A stretch of 64,000 bases of DNA, taken from assembly GCA_000493945.1 (NCBI GenBank), contig AWNW01000005.1, positions 7,668 through 71,667 on the forward strand, read 5' to 3'. The notes below the pieces were generated by a model. The model worked only from the letters and a program-made list of their open reading frames with translations, was not told the DNA's origin and made no database searches. Below, piece by piece: positions 41,147-50,613 of this stretch (positions within the stretch are counted from its first letter, which is position 1; each line of letters begins with the position of its first letter). Origin of the DNA: Candidatus Hydrogenedens terephthalaticus JGI OTU-1 (GTDB taxonomy: Bacteria; Hydrogenedentota; Hydrogenedentia; Hydrogenedentales; Hydrogenedentaceae). The position numbers were made by a program, and so were the translations under genes.

Positions 41147-41937
41147 ACCCTATTCTTACAGCAGAAAATCTATCTTTTTGTTATCATACCGACGAGCGGT
41201 TATTTGAAAATATCCAACTTTCAATCGCTTCGGGTAAGTTAACTGCTCTTATAGGTCCCAATGGTTCTGGGAAAAGCACACTTTTACGGTTATTAGCAGG
41301 TATTATTCCGACAAAACAGGGGAAAATATTTTTAAATCAAGCACCTATTAGTTCTCTACATGCTCGGGAACGGGCAAAAAAGATTGCTTTTTTACCCCAG
41401 AATATTTTTCCGATTTTTCCCCTAACTGTTTTCGAAATTATTGCTATGGGACGATTTCCAAGAAAGCCTATCTTTTCAGGACTTACGCAAAAAGATTATG
41501 AAGTTATAGATCGATGCATGAATATTATGAATTTAAACAGATTGAAAAACCGCCTTTATTCAGAACTTTCCGGTGGAGAATGCAAAAGAACACTCATCGC
41601 AAGTATTCTGGCTCAAGAACCCGAAATACTTCTATTAGATGAACCCTTATCCGGGTTGGATTTGCCTCATCAGACAGAGACACTTAACCATCTTCAAAAA
41701 TTGAGCAAAGAAGGTTACACAGTTGTAATTGCAACCCATGAAATTAATATAGTTGCACGCTTTGCTCATGAATTCATCCTGTTATCATCAGATCACCAAA
41801 TCATTGCTCAAGGGGACGCAGAAAAAACCTTGACAATAGATAATTTAAATAATGCGTATAATACATCCTTCTGGGTGGGGGTACATCCATTTACCAAAGG
41901 ATTGCTTATTGAAGTAGAACAGAAAGAGAATCTATGA
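41143..41937 (+). CDS. ABC transporter ATP-binding protein (FecE/BtuD-like)
   Basis: Walker A GPNGSGKST, signature LSGGECKR, Walker B LLLDEP. The start is set at ATG 41143, which forms an ATGA overlap with the upstream stop. Confidence 0.9.
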   Translation: MNPILTAENLSFCYHTDERLFENIQLSIASGKLTALIGPNGSGKSTLLRLLAGIIPTKQGKIFLNQAPISSLHARERAKKIAFLPQNIFPIFPLTVFEIIAMGRFPRKPIFSGLTQKDYEVIDRCMNIMNLNRLKNRLYSELSGGECKRTLIASILAQEPEILLLDEPLSGLDLPHQTETLNHLQKLSKEGYTVVIATHEINIVARFAHEFILLSSDHQIIAQGDAEKTLTIDNLNNAYNTSFWVGVHPFTKGLLIEVEQKENL

Positions 41938-42959
41938 AACAGGGGCATAAAATTAAATTTTTCTTTTTCGTTTTGTTGTTTTTATTGCTCATCCCATTGA
42001 GTATTTTCACAGGGTATGAACCTATCTCTCCTTTAAGGTTATGGCAGGAAATAAGACAATATGAACCCACTAATAACAATCTGGCAATAGAAATTGTTCT
42101 TTTTCATCGTATCCCTCGAACTTTAATAAGTATTCTTGTTGGTGCAGGATTATCAATAGGGGGTGTTACTTTCCAGGCGTTGTTGCGAAATCCTCTTGCG
42201 ACACCCTATACATTAGGAACATCCAGTTTTGCTTCTCTGGGGGCTTATATATCTTTTCTGGGTATGAATTCATTTCTGTCGTCCATCTCTATTCCTATAC
42301 CTTTATCCCATTTGTTTGCATTTGTCTTTGCCATTGGAGAAGTTTTTTTCATTTTACTTTTAATAAAAACTAAGCAAAAAATATCGGCTACATTGCTTCT
42401 CCTATGTGGCATAACATTGGGAATGTTGGCAAATGCCTTTATTTCCATTTTGCGGTATTGGGCAACTCCTGACAAATTGGTATTCATGGAACGATGGTGG
42501 TTTGGCTCTACACAGGTTTTAGGGTATCGGTCTCTAATTGTAGTATCTATTATCTCTATACCCACTTTTTTCTTGTTATGGAGTTATAGTTCTGCATTAG
42601 ACCAATATACTTTTGACGCAGAAATTGCTCAATCGCGGGGAGTTAATATTACAAAATTGCAAATACATCTGTTTGTTATCGTTTCCATTTTGACCGCCGT
42701 CATTGTTGCAGAGACAGGACCTATCGGATTTGTTGGATTAATTGTTCCGCATATCACCCGTTATTTTGTAGGTTCATCACATAGACGGGTTTTTCCATAC
42801 AGCGCCTTAATCGGCTCTATTTTTCTGCTATTTTGCGATATTGTTTCCAGAAAGTTATTCCGCACTGAGATACCTGTGGGTATCATTACAACTTTGATTG
42901 GTGTTCCTGCTTTCCTTTATATATTATTTGGAAAGAATTTTAAAGAATGGATGATATAA
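41934..42959 (+). CDS. ABC transporter permease, FecCD/BtuC family
   Basis: 341-aa polytopic protein. Motifs include LLRNPLATPYTLGTSS and GPIGFVGLIVPHITR. Confidence 0.88.
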   Translation: MKQGHKIKFFFFVLLFLLLIPLSIFTGYEPISPLRLWQEIRQYEPTNNNLAIEIVLFHRIPRTLISILVGAGLSIGGVTFQALLRNPLATPYTLGTSSFASLGAYISFLGMNSFLSSISIPIPLSHLFAFVFAIGEVFFILLLIKTKQKISATLLLLCGITLGMLANAFISILRYWATPDKLVFMERWWFGSTQVLGYRSLIVVSIISIPTFFLLWSYSSALDQYTFDAEIAQSRGVNITKLQIHLFVIVSILTAVIVAETGPIGFVGLIVPHITRYFVGSSHRRVFPYSALIGSIFLLFCDIVSRKLFRTEIPVGIITTLIGVPAFLYILFGKNFKEWMI

Positions 42960-43591
42960 GAACATACATCATTTTAATTTCAGGCGGTTCTGCTTCTGGA
43001 AAAACTACTATTGCAAATCGTTTGAAGGAGGTATTACACCCTTTTACTGTTATTATTTCCTCCGATAATTATTATAAGGATCTTTCGCATATTCCTTTAG
43101 AGCAGCGTGAGCAATATAATTTCGACCACCCCCAGTCTATTGACTACAAATTGCTGGTTAGACACTTACTGCAACTAAAAAAGAATAAATGTGTTTATAT
43201 ACCTCAATACAATTTTGCCAATCATACACGAAGGAAAAAGACGCTTTTAATACAGCCCCACTCTATAATAATTATAGAAGGCTTACATACTTTACTTTAT
43301 CCTTCATTACGCAATATTGCAGACTTAAAGATATTTGTAGAGTTGGATGATGATTTGCGGTTTATCCGACGATTAAACAGAGACCTGACTGAAAGAAAAC
43401 GGACATTGGGACAAGTCATTTCTCAATATATCAATACAGTCCGCCCCATGCATATTAAATATATCCAGCCATCAAGTCGGTTTGCTGATTTAATTGTTCC
43501 TGGAAACCAATTAGACACATCCCTCAAAAAAATCTTGTGTTATCCTTTGATTAAGAAAGTAATTAAAGACCTACACATCAATATCTCCTAA
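42947..43591 (+). CDS. udk: Uridine kinase
   Basis: P-loop ISGGSASGKTT. DNYYKD, FDHPQSID and IIIEG are present. 214 aa. Confidence 0.88.
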   Translation: MDDIRTYIILISGGSASGKTTIANRLKEVLHPFTVIISSDNYYKDLSHIPLEQREQYNFDHPQSIDYKLLVRHLLQLKKNKCVYIPQYNFANHTRRKKTLLIQPHSIIIIEGLHTLLYPSLRNIADLKIFVELDDDLRFIRRLNRDLTERKRTLGQVISQYINTVRPMHIKYIQPSSRFADLIVPGNQLDTSLKKILCYPLIKKVIKDLHINIS

Positions 43592-44986
43592 AACTAAATC
43601 TACATGGGGTAGTTCTCGTTCTATTTCCTCAACACGCATACCAAAACCTGCACCTTGTAAAGTAGTTAGGTTCAGGCAACCATCCTGTCTTCGGTATAAT
43701 CCCGGATGAATTTTTGCTTCTGGCAAGCTGGCTTCTGGATAGAATTGCATACCATTGCTTTCCACACCCATAATTGTCCCTGCGTGGGCACCTAAAAGAA
43801 CATGGGGTATTTGAGCGAGCATTGGATTGGTTAAATCCTGAACCATAAGTAATAAACCGTGAGCCTTTGCCCAACATAGAGATAGCAATGCACCTGTTTG
43901 TGTTTTACAAGTTTTTAATGCAACACCCGACCAACCCAATTCTCTTCCACGAAGAACAACCCGCCAGTCATGGGCACTTTCATCCATAAACAATGGTTTC
44001 CTTACGGAAACAGGACGAACATCAAAAGGATATTCTTCTAATTCATAAGGGAAAGGTTGTTCAACATAAAGAATCATTCCATAAATACGCGGGTATTCTT
44101 TCATCAGACGGTCAAGAATATCCACGACATAGCCTACATCAAGCACAGTACAATTAAAATCAACACTCAACCACCATACGCCCTCTTCCAGTGCTATATT
44201 TCCAACGCGGACAATTCTTTCATAATCCCAGGCTGCATCATTACCACGAAGTTTTATCTTCAAACACTTCAACCCATCCTGTCGTATCCATCCTCTTAAT
44301 GAACATGGATAATTATCCGCTATCCGTTTTGTTACTTCTTCCTCCTCAAGCCAATCCAGCCCTCCTACTAAATGCCACGCTAATATTTTTTCCGGTAACG
44401 GGAATTTTAAGAATTGTTGCGGATATACATTATAAAAAGAAATATCTTTATCTATGGCTGGGGTTAGAAATTCAGCAAGGTCACAATTCATAAATTCATC
44501 ATTATAGGTGTTATATATCTGTATATTATGTAATTTCCCATAAGCATCGTGGAGGGCAAGGTCAAAAGGAGAACAGCAAACCAGACCTGCCAGACGGGGC
44601 ATAACTTCGGTCATACTTCCGGAATTGAACTGTTTTAACGCACGGGGTAATGCCTGTTCAATAAATGAATAACCTATTTCAATGGGGTGTCCGGTTACAT
44701 CGAAATTTTTATAGAAATGGGCTATTTTTCGTGTAAAAGAGACTATGTGCTGATATCGCTCTACATAAGGTCGTTCCGAGGGCCAAACCCACTGCACGCT
44801 TAACGGTGTTTCTCCCCAACCTATAGCAGAATTTCCTTCTCTATCTTCCACCCGCAATGCTACACGGGCACATGTAACTTCAGTCAAAGTTTCTTTTCCG
44901 AATTTCAATGGAACTCGTGTATGGACAGGAATAAAATATAAGGCAATGCCTTTGATTTTTATATCGGTGTTCTTCAACATATTCAT
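43571..44986 (-). CDS. Enolase-superfamily enzyme (mandelate racemase / muconate lactonizing enzyme-like), unusually long
   Basis: The TIM-barrel metal ligands follow the expected pattern: KIKLRG, VDFN, VEQPFP and FMDES. 471 aa. The 3' end overlaps the udk 3' end by 21 bp in a convergent arrangement. Confidence 0.7.
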   Translation of the reverse strand: MNMLKNTDIKIKGIALYFIPVHTRVPLKFGKETLTEVTCARVALRVEDREGNSAIGWGETPLSVQWVWPSERPYVERYQHIVSFTRKIAHFYKNFDVTGHPIEIGYSFIEQALPRALKQFNSGSMTEVMPRLAGLVCCSPFDLALHDAYGKLHNIQIYNTYNDEFMNCDLAEFLTPAIDKDISFYNVYPQQFLKFPLPEKILAWHLVGGLDWLEEEEVTKRIADNYPCSLRGWIRQDGLKCLKIKLRGNDAAWDYERIVRVGNIALEEGVWWLSVDFNCTVLDVGYVVDILDRLMKEYPRIYGMILYVEQPFPYELEEYPFDVRPVSVRKPLFMDESAHDWRVVLRGRELGWSGVALKTCKTQTGALLSLCWAKAHGLLLMVQDLTNPMLAQIPHVLLGAHAGTIMGVESNGMQFYPEASLPEAKIHPGLYRRQDGCLNLTTLQGAGFGMRVEEIERELPHVDLVLGDIDV

Positions 44987-45010
44987 CCCCTTAAAAATTG
45001 AATAAAGATA

Positions 45011-46477
45011 TTATTTAAGCAACATTACTTCAATATCACCTACAAATAAGCCATCAATCTGAACAGTTCCTCCTTGCTGGAGTTCGGAAGGCTCATCATC
45101 CCTGATATAAACGAACTGATAATTTCCGCGTGGAACTTTTACCGTTTTTTCGCCCCCCGCAGGAATAGAAATATTTTTCCCTCTTTTCCCGGAACGCAAT
45201 CCAACTTTTACGGATGTATCCAAAGGGTTATATATTCTAATTTCATACGAACCATCTCTTAATTGATATGTATAATCGGGTAATTTTGCTTTTCTTCTTA
45301 ATGAAGATGACTTTATAAAGTCATTTTTCTGATTTTCATCTGAAAACTTTTTTGGAGAACCTGCATAAATAATCCTTCGATTTTCAGGTCTTGTCTGCAT
45401 TTGTTGCCTGTTAACAGATGGTGGGGCAATACGATTTGATTGTTGATATACTGGTTCCTCTACAGTTTGTGGTTGTTCTTCTTTCTCTTCTTCAATAGAA
45501 TTTGCCTCTATTTCTTCTGTTGTATTCTCTTCACCAGATTCTTCCGTGCTTTCTTCCGTTTGCGTTTCTTCTGTCATTTGATTTTCGTTGATAGGGGCGG
45601 GTCGAACATAAAATCCACTTTTCCTCACCAATTTATTATTTTCAAATCGTGCCGAAAAACTTGACCCTCCTTTATCTGTCCACAAATAAAGCGTTCCTCC
45701 TTTATTATCTGAACTAACCTGAGTTCCTGCTCTTTGAAGTATTGCAACTACCTCATCCAGTTCCATCCCTTCTTTTAATTGGTCATACAATTCACGAGTC
45801 AACGGGTTGGGAACATTTTCACTTGTTTCTGTTCTGCCAGAATACCGCTTCAATATGCCATTTTCGAATCTACCATATAGAACTTTCTCTTCACGGTTCC
45901 AGCGATATAATTTCATCTGTTTATCGCTACTTTGCGTAATTAAATAATCCGGTTCACCTAATAAACTCACAACTTCTTCATAAGTCATCCCTAATTTAAC
46001 CTTGCTAAAAGGTTCTATAGCGGGAGATAAAGTCTTTTCTTCCTCGGCTTTTTCACTCGGTAATGTTTCCTGAGGTTGGTCTTCTCTGGATTGGGAAACA
46101 TCTGCTTCTTTTAGGGATGAGTTAATTTCAACGGTATTTTCAGAGACAAGATCCTGTTGATTTTGCATATCTATAGCAGGGGTCATTGTTGACTGAACTT
46201 TAATTGGTTCCCCTGCTTGTGTGTTTTCTTGCGTTTCTTTTTCTTGTTGAAATGTATTTATTAAAGCAGGTTTTGATTCCTCTGATATACCTTCTTCTGA
46301 TTTTGTTGGAGATGGTGCAACCTTTTGCTCCGAAGAAAAACAAGAAAAAAGAAGGGAAATCAGAATAAAACAAGTTATTCCCCGAACAACTTTTTTAAAA
46401 CAAGAAGTAAAAATAGATTTATCTATATTATCCATATTCCGTTCTAAAACTTTTATATTCATAAGTTCAGGTCTCAA
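45011..46477 (-). CDS. Lipoprotein with two BamE/SmpA-OmlA-like (DUF3862-like) domains, acidic low-complexity linkers and a C-terminal beta-rich domain
   Basis: Lipobox ISLLFSC. Repeated modules are VKLGMTYEEVVSLLGEPD...LYRWN...RFENGILKRYSG and LKEGMELDEVVAILQ...LYLWTD...RFENNKLVRKSG. The true start is probably ATG 46462 or 46435. Confidence 0.5.
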   Translation of the reverse strand: MRPELMNIKVLERNMDNIDKSIFTSCFKKVVRGITCFILISLLFSCFSSEQKVAPSPTKSEEGISEESKPALINTFQQEKETQENTQAGEPIKVQSTMTPAIDMQNQQDLVSENTVEINSSLKEADVSQSREDQPQETLPSEKAEEEKTLSPAIEPFSKVKLGMTYEEVVSLLGEPDYLITQSSDKQMKLYRWNREEKVLYGRFENGILKRYSGRTETSENVPNPLTRELYDQLKEGMELDEVVAILQRAGTQVSSDNKGGTLYLWTDKGGSSFSARFENNKLVRKSGFYVRPAPINENQMTEETQTEESTEESGEENTTEEIEANSIEEEKEEQPQTVEEPVYQQSNRIAPPSVNRQQMQTRPENRRIIYAGSPKKFSDENQKNDFIKSSSLRRKAKLPDYTYQLRDGSYEIRIYNPLDTSVKVGLRSGKRGKNISIPAGGEKTVKVPRGNYQFVYIRDDEPSELQQGGTVQIDGLFVGDIEVMLLK

Positions 46478-46592
46478 ATCAAATTGTTTAACATCTATTT
46501 TTTTTATTATAATAAATACAATCTAATAAAAAGAAAAATGAAAAATAGGAATGTTCTCTTGGTAAAAATGTTATTGTGGAAGGGGGTAATTT

Positions 46593-47465
46593 ATGCGTAG
46601 CATGACGGGGTTTGGAAATGCTTCTGGTATTGTTCGAAACGCTATTGTTTCGTTAGAAATAAATTCTGTAAATCATCGGTCTTTGGAAATATCTATTCGG
46701 GTTCCTTCCTTGTGGGGACCTATCGAAACTTTTATAAGGGATAAAATACGCCAGAATATAAATCGTGGTAAAATCCATTTCTGGATGCGGAGGCAATCCT
46801 CCGAAACAACAGGTCCATCTTTTACTTTCAATGAAAACGCCGTTAAAGAATATTTAGAACATATAAAAAAATTAAAACAAATATTAAATACAACTGAAGA
46901 AATTTCCCTAAACACACTCATTCAGTTGCCCGGTATATTTGAAACTACAATAACGGATGAGGAAATAGAATTGATTAAGTCAGAGACAGAACCTCTCATT
47001 GACCTTGTGATTGAAAATTTAAACAAATCAAGGGAAATAGAGGGGCAGGCTATAAAAAAACAAATTCATGACCATCTTAATGAACTTCGTTCAGGAATAC
47101 ATCTCCTTGAACAAAAGACACCAGAACTGTTAGAACAACAGAAGGAACGCATTCGCACAAAACTTGCAGAAATATCTGCAGACCCATCTATTAAAGAGGA
47201 ACGGTTGGCTATGGAGACCATCCTCTGGGCAGACAAACTTGATATTACCGAAGAAATAAATCGGGTAAATACTCATTTGTGTCGTGCGTATGAACTTTTA
47301 GAAATGGAACAAAATGGAAAACCGTTGAATTTTCTTATTCAGGAAATAGGTAGAGAACTGAATACAATAAGTGCTAAATTGCGAGATGCAGACCTCGCAT
47401 GGCAATTGGTTCAAATGAAAACAATCTTGGAAAAAATCCGTGAACAAATACAAAATGTGGAGTAA
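46593..47465 (+). CDS. yicC: YicC-family stress-induced protein (endoribonuclease YicC)
   Basis: MRSMTGFG N-terminus and a C-terminal DUF1732-like block EEINRVNTH...QEIGRELNTI..K. Confidence 0.88.
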   Translation: MRSMTGFGNASGIVRNAIVSLEINSVNHRSLEISIRVPSLWGPIETFIRDKIRQNINRGKIHFWMRRQSSETTGPSFTFNENAVKEYLEHIKKLKQILNTTEEISLNTLIQLPGIFETTITDEEIELIKSETEPLIDLVIENLNKSREIEGQAIKKQIHDHLNELRSGIHLLEQKTPELLEQQKERIRTKLAEISADPSIKEERLAMETILWADKLDITEEINRVNTHLCRAYELLEMEQNGKPLNFLIQEIGRELNTISAKLRDADLAWQLVQMKTILEKIREQIQNVE

Positions 47466-47468
47466 TCC

Positions 47469-48062
47469 GTGAAAAAGGAAAATTTGATAATTGTAGTTTC
47501 CGCCCCATCAGGAGTAGGAAAAACCACAGTTATTCAATACCTGATGAAACAGAGGGATAACCTGGCTTTGTCCGTTTCTGCTACAACAAGAGCACCTCGT
47601 TACGGTGAAAAGGATGGGGTAGATTATTATTTTCTTTCTAACGAAGAGTTTGAAGAAAAAATTAAAAATAATGAATTTGTAGAATATGCTCGTGTCCATG
47701 ATGATTTATATGGTACTTTATATTCAGAAATAAACCGTCATTTAAATTCCGAAAAGGATTTAATATTGGAATTAGACATTCAAGGAATGCGAAGCATAAA
47801 AAACAAATTTCCACAGGCGGTTACTATTTTTATGTTACCCCCTTCACTAAAAGAGATGGAGTTTCGTTTAAAGAATAGAGGCACAGAAAGTGAAGAAAAA
47901 ATACAAAAACGGTTAAAAAGAGCCTTTGAAGAAATGAAAGTTCGCTCTGAATTCGATTATACTATAGTAAATTATGAGGTGGAACAATCTGCAAAAGATC
48001 TAAATGCAATTATTCATGCAGAACATTTAAAGTCATCAAGAATTGAAATTAATTTAGAATAA
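47469..48062 (+). CDS. gmk: Guanylate kinase
   Basis: SAPSGVGKTT, TTRAPRYGEKDGVDYYF and EYARVHDDLYGT are present. GTG start. Confidence 0.93.
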   Translation: MKKENLIIVVSAPSGVGKTTVIQYLMKQRDNLALSVSATTRAPRYGEKDGVDYYFLSNEEFEEKIKNNEFVEYARVHDDLYGTLYSEINRHLNSEKDLILELDIQGMRSIKNKFPQAVTIFMLPPSLKEMEFRLKNRGTESEEKIQKRLKRAFEEMKVRSEFDYTIVNYEVEQSAKDLNAIIHAEHLKSSRIEINLE

Positions 48063-48092
48063 ATAAAAAAATAATCACAGGAGGATTGTCTT

Positions 48093-48308
48093 ATGCCTGC
48101 TCCTTTCTATGTAGATGAATTACGCACAAAGATTGACAGCCTTTATCGGCTGGTAAATGTTGCATCGAAAAGAGTAAATCAAATTATCAAAAGTGAAAAA
48201 CACGGCTTTGGCAAAAAGAAAAAGCCCACTATTGTCGCTATTGATGAGATCATGGAAGGTAAAATTACCTATCGTAAAAACGAAAAAGAAGACCTTACCG
48301 AGATTTAA
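48093..48308 (+). CDS. rpoZ: DNA-directed RNA polymerase subunit omega
   Basis: 71 aa. LYRLVNVASKRVNQI fits the omega core motif, and the gene is in the gmk-rpoZ context. The SD AGGAGG lies upstream. Confidence 0.85.
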   Translation: MPAPFYVDELRTKIDSLYRLVNVASKRVNQIIKSEKHGFGKKKKPTIVAIDEIMEGKITYRKNEKEDLTEI

Positions 48309-48325
48309 TCGGAATCAGTTAAAAT

Positions 48326-49537
48326 ATGTGCTTATCCTTCCAGAACAGGGTTGTTTTATTAGGGGTAAGTGGTTCTATTTCTGCATACAAAGCCTGTGAA
48401 CTTTGCAGTAGAATGGCTCAAAATGGGGCTAAAGTTTATGTTGCTATGACAGAAAGCGCCCAGAAATTGATATGCCCCGCTACTTTTGAAAGCCTTTCTG
48501 GAAATCCCGTTATTACAGGGATGTTTGAACCTTATACATTAGGACCTCTCTCCCATATATCCCTGAGCCATCAAACGAATCTATTTATTGTTGCCCCTGC
48601 AACAGCCAATATAATAGCAAAATCTGCTCATGGCATAGCGGACGATTGGATTAGCACCGCGTTATTATCCACAAATGCCCCTATTCTCTGGGCTCCAGCA
48701 ATGAATCCCCAAATGTATTTAAATCCAGCTACTCAGGCGAACATAGCGACTTTAAAAGAAAGGGGACACTTTTTTATCGGTCCGGAAACGGGGAAAACAG
48801 CCTGTGGAGAAATAGGTCCCGGACGAATGGCGGAACCTATGAATATTTTTGAATATGCAGATATATTAATCAATCCAACCAAAGATTTTCTTGATAAAAA
48901 AATTCTTATCACCAGTGGACCTACTCAGGAGCCTATTGACCCTGTAAGATATATCTCTAACCGTTCTTCCGGAAAAATGGGAAAAGCACTGGCTATAGAG
49001 GCACTCCGAAGAGGAGCAAAAGTTACGGTTATTTCTGGTCCTGCATCGGAACCTCTACCCTATCATGCGGAAAAAGTCTTTGTCCGAACTGCTCAAGAAA
49101 TGTATGAGGAAACCGTTAAAAGATTTCCTGAATATGACATTTTTATTGGGTCTGCGGCTGTAGCAGACTACGCTATCAAAGACCCCACGGACGAGAAACA
49201 TAAGCGAAATGGTTCTATGCATTATTTAGAACTAACTCCAAATCCGGATATAATCAAAAAGTTGGGAGAAATGAAAAAGCCTAAGCAGATTACTGTGGGA
49301 TTTGCGGCGGAAACACATCATCTCGTTGAATATGCTCAGGAAAAACTTAAACGAAAAAATTTGGATTTGATTGTTGCTAATCAAGTAGGTGGGGAGAATT
49401 GTGCTTTTGGTTCTGATTATGTATATGCACTCATGATAACGCCTCATTCACAAGATGACAAACCTGAATTTATTCCTAAAGAGGAATTAACTCATCGTAT
49501 TTTTAATCGGATTGGCGAGATTTTGAATAATCGTTGA
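48326..49537 (+). CDS. coaBC: Bifunctional phosphopantothenoylcysteine decarboxylase / phosphopantothenate-cysteine ligase
   Basis: The flavoprotein N-domain has VLLGVSGSISAYKA and APATANIIAK. The CoaB domain has ITSGPTQEPIDPVRYISNRSSGKMG and AAVADY. The gene ends in tandem stops TGA TGA. Confidence 0.95.
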   Translation: MCLSFQNRVVLLGVSGSISAYKACELCSRMAQNGAKVYVAMTESAQKLICPATFESLSGNPVITGMFEPYTLGPLSHISLSHQTNLFIVAPATANIIAKSAHGIADDWISTALLSTNAPILWAPAMNPQMYLNPATQANIATLKERGHFFIGPETGKTACGEIGPGRMAEPMNIFEYADILINPTKDFLDKKILITSGPTQEPIDPVRYISNRSSGKMGKALAIEALRRGAKVTVISGPASEPLPYHAEKVFVRTAQEMYEETVKRFPEYDIFIGSAAVADYAIKDPTDEKHKRNGSMHYLELTPNPDIIKKLGEMKKPKQITVGFAAETHHLVEYAQEKLKRKNLDLIVANQVGGENCAFGSDYVYALMITPHSQDDKPEFIPKEELTHRIFNRIGEILNNR

Positions 49538-49540
49538 TGA

Positions 49541-49801
49541 GATGGGACGGATGGAATAGATGGGACAGATGGAATAGATGGGACAGATGGGACAGATGGG
49601 ACGGATGGGACGGATGAGACGGATGAGACGGATGGGAAGGATGGGAAGGATGGGACGGATGGGAAGGATGGGACGGATGTGACAGAGGGGACGAATGGGA
49701 CGGATGGGACAGAGGGGACGAATGGGACGGATGAGACGGATGGGAAGGATGGGACAGATGGGACAGATGGGGCGAATGGGATGGATGAGGCTGAGGGGAC
49801 T
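49541..49801 (+). repeat. Tandem array of 29 copies of a 9-bp unit (consensus GATGGGACG)
   Basis: The whole array was parsed by hand into 9-mers. 22 of 29 units contain GGG, and variants include GATGGAATA, GATGAGACG, GATGGGAAG and GAGGGGACG. The array starts directly after the coaBC TGA TGA and ends 55 bp before a TGTATAAT promoter element. Confidence 0.97.
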
Positions 49802-49855
49802 AAAATAAAATAGGAATTATTTTTCAATTTTTACGAATAAAAATCCTAAAAAAAG

Positions 49856-49863
49856 TGTATAAT
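49856..49863 (+). promoter_or_regulatory. Candidate extended -10 promoter element for the 49896 gene pair
   Basis: TGTATAAT lies at 49856-49863, about 33 nt upstream of the TTG start. A weak AAAGGA SD is at 49881-49886. Confidence 0.3.
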
Positions 49864-49895
49864 CTTTATATTGAAATTAAAAAGGATTTCTGATT

Positions 49896-50606
49896 TTGGT
49901 ATTTCAACAAAAAATTCAAAAAGATGTAGCGTTTTTTTTATTTTGTATCTCATTTGCAATCTTTTTATCCTCTGCAAGTGGAGAAGTAACAATAACTCAA
50001 CAGGTTTCTGGAAATGCAGCGTTCATATCCGATACTCACACATACTATATTCCCGGTAAATCCATTAGTATAACCATCTCTTTTGTTAATAATTCATCTG
50101 AAAATGTTCTCGCATTGGGATTGCAATGTTTTGTTCCTCAAGGATGGCAATTTCAAGGAACTTCCACTGGCACCAATGCCCCTGCTGTATACCCGCAACC
50201 GGGAAAGGTATCCGATGGAACAACACCTTTTGAGTTTGCATGGATAAATATCCCACCATTCCCTTTTGATTTTACTTTTAGTGTAAACATTCCTTCTGAT
50301 TTTCAGGGATACACTCAAATTAATTCGCAAGCCTTATATAGATACACGGGAGGGCAATTAACTTCTAATATTGCACAGACTTCATTTGAAGGAGCAGGAA
50401 CACCCCAAGAAGGAGAAGGGCAAATGGAAGGGGAAGGAGAAGGGGGAAATGATAATACAAGTTGTGCTGGACAAATTTTTAAGGGATGTTGTTCTGATAA
50501 TAAAAAAGCAACGCAACAAATAAAAGATATTCTTATTGATTTATTATTCATGTTAATTGTAATAGGGACATTAGGTATTTCAATAAGAAACAACCAAAAG
50601 GATTAA
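49896..50606 (+). CDS. Secreted beta-sandwich (Ig-like) protein with an E/G-rich linker and a Cys-containing C-terminal TM/basic tail
   Basis: Signal peptide VAFFLFCISFAIFLSSASG. The body is beta-rich (ITISFVNNSSENVLALGLQCFVPQGWQF...). The tail is QEGEGQMEGEGEGGNDNTSCAGQIFKGCCSDNKKATQQIKDILIDLLFMLIVIGTLGISIRNNQKD. TTG start. Confidence 0.6.
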   Translation: MVFQQKIQKDVAFFLFCISFAIFLSSASGEVTITQQVSGNAAFISDTHTYYIPGKSISITISFVNNSSENVLALGLQCFVPQGWQFQGTSTGTNAPAVYPQPGKVSDGTTPFEFAWINIPPFPFDFTFSVNIPSDFQGYTQINSQALYRYTGGQLTSNIAQTSFEGAGTPQEGEGQMEGEGEGGNDNTSCAGQIFKGCCSDNKKATQQIKDILIDLLFMLIVIGTLGISIRNNQKD

Positions 50607-50613
50607 TGGAATT

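Noticed and set aside
43571-43591. 21-bp convergent overlap of the udk and enolase-superfamily 3' ends as a possible antisense regulatory feature
   Set aside because: Short convergent overlaps are common in compact genomes. No additional structure or motif was seen, so it is recorded only as an observation.
49541-49801. CRISPR array
   Set aside because: The units are 9 bp and directly abutting, with no spacers. No cas genes are present in the window.
49535-49812. Stop-codon readthrough or TGA recoding that would extend CoaBC into the in-frame DGT/DGK repeat
   Set aside because: Two consecutive TGA codons separate them. TGA is also used as an ordinary stop for many well-conserved genes in the window (for example mreD and the binding protein at 41146). 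An alternative genetic code is therefore not supported.
49492-49827. Track ORF encoding a (PSV)n repeat protein on the minus strand across the 9-bp array
   Set aside because: The frame is open only because the repeat unit lacks stops in it. It starts at a TTG without an SD, has no signal peptide, and its 3' end overlaps the coaBC coding end. It is treated as non-coding tandem repeat unless expression data say otherwise.
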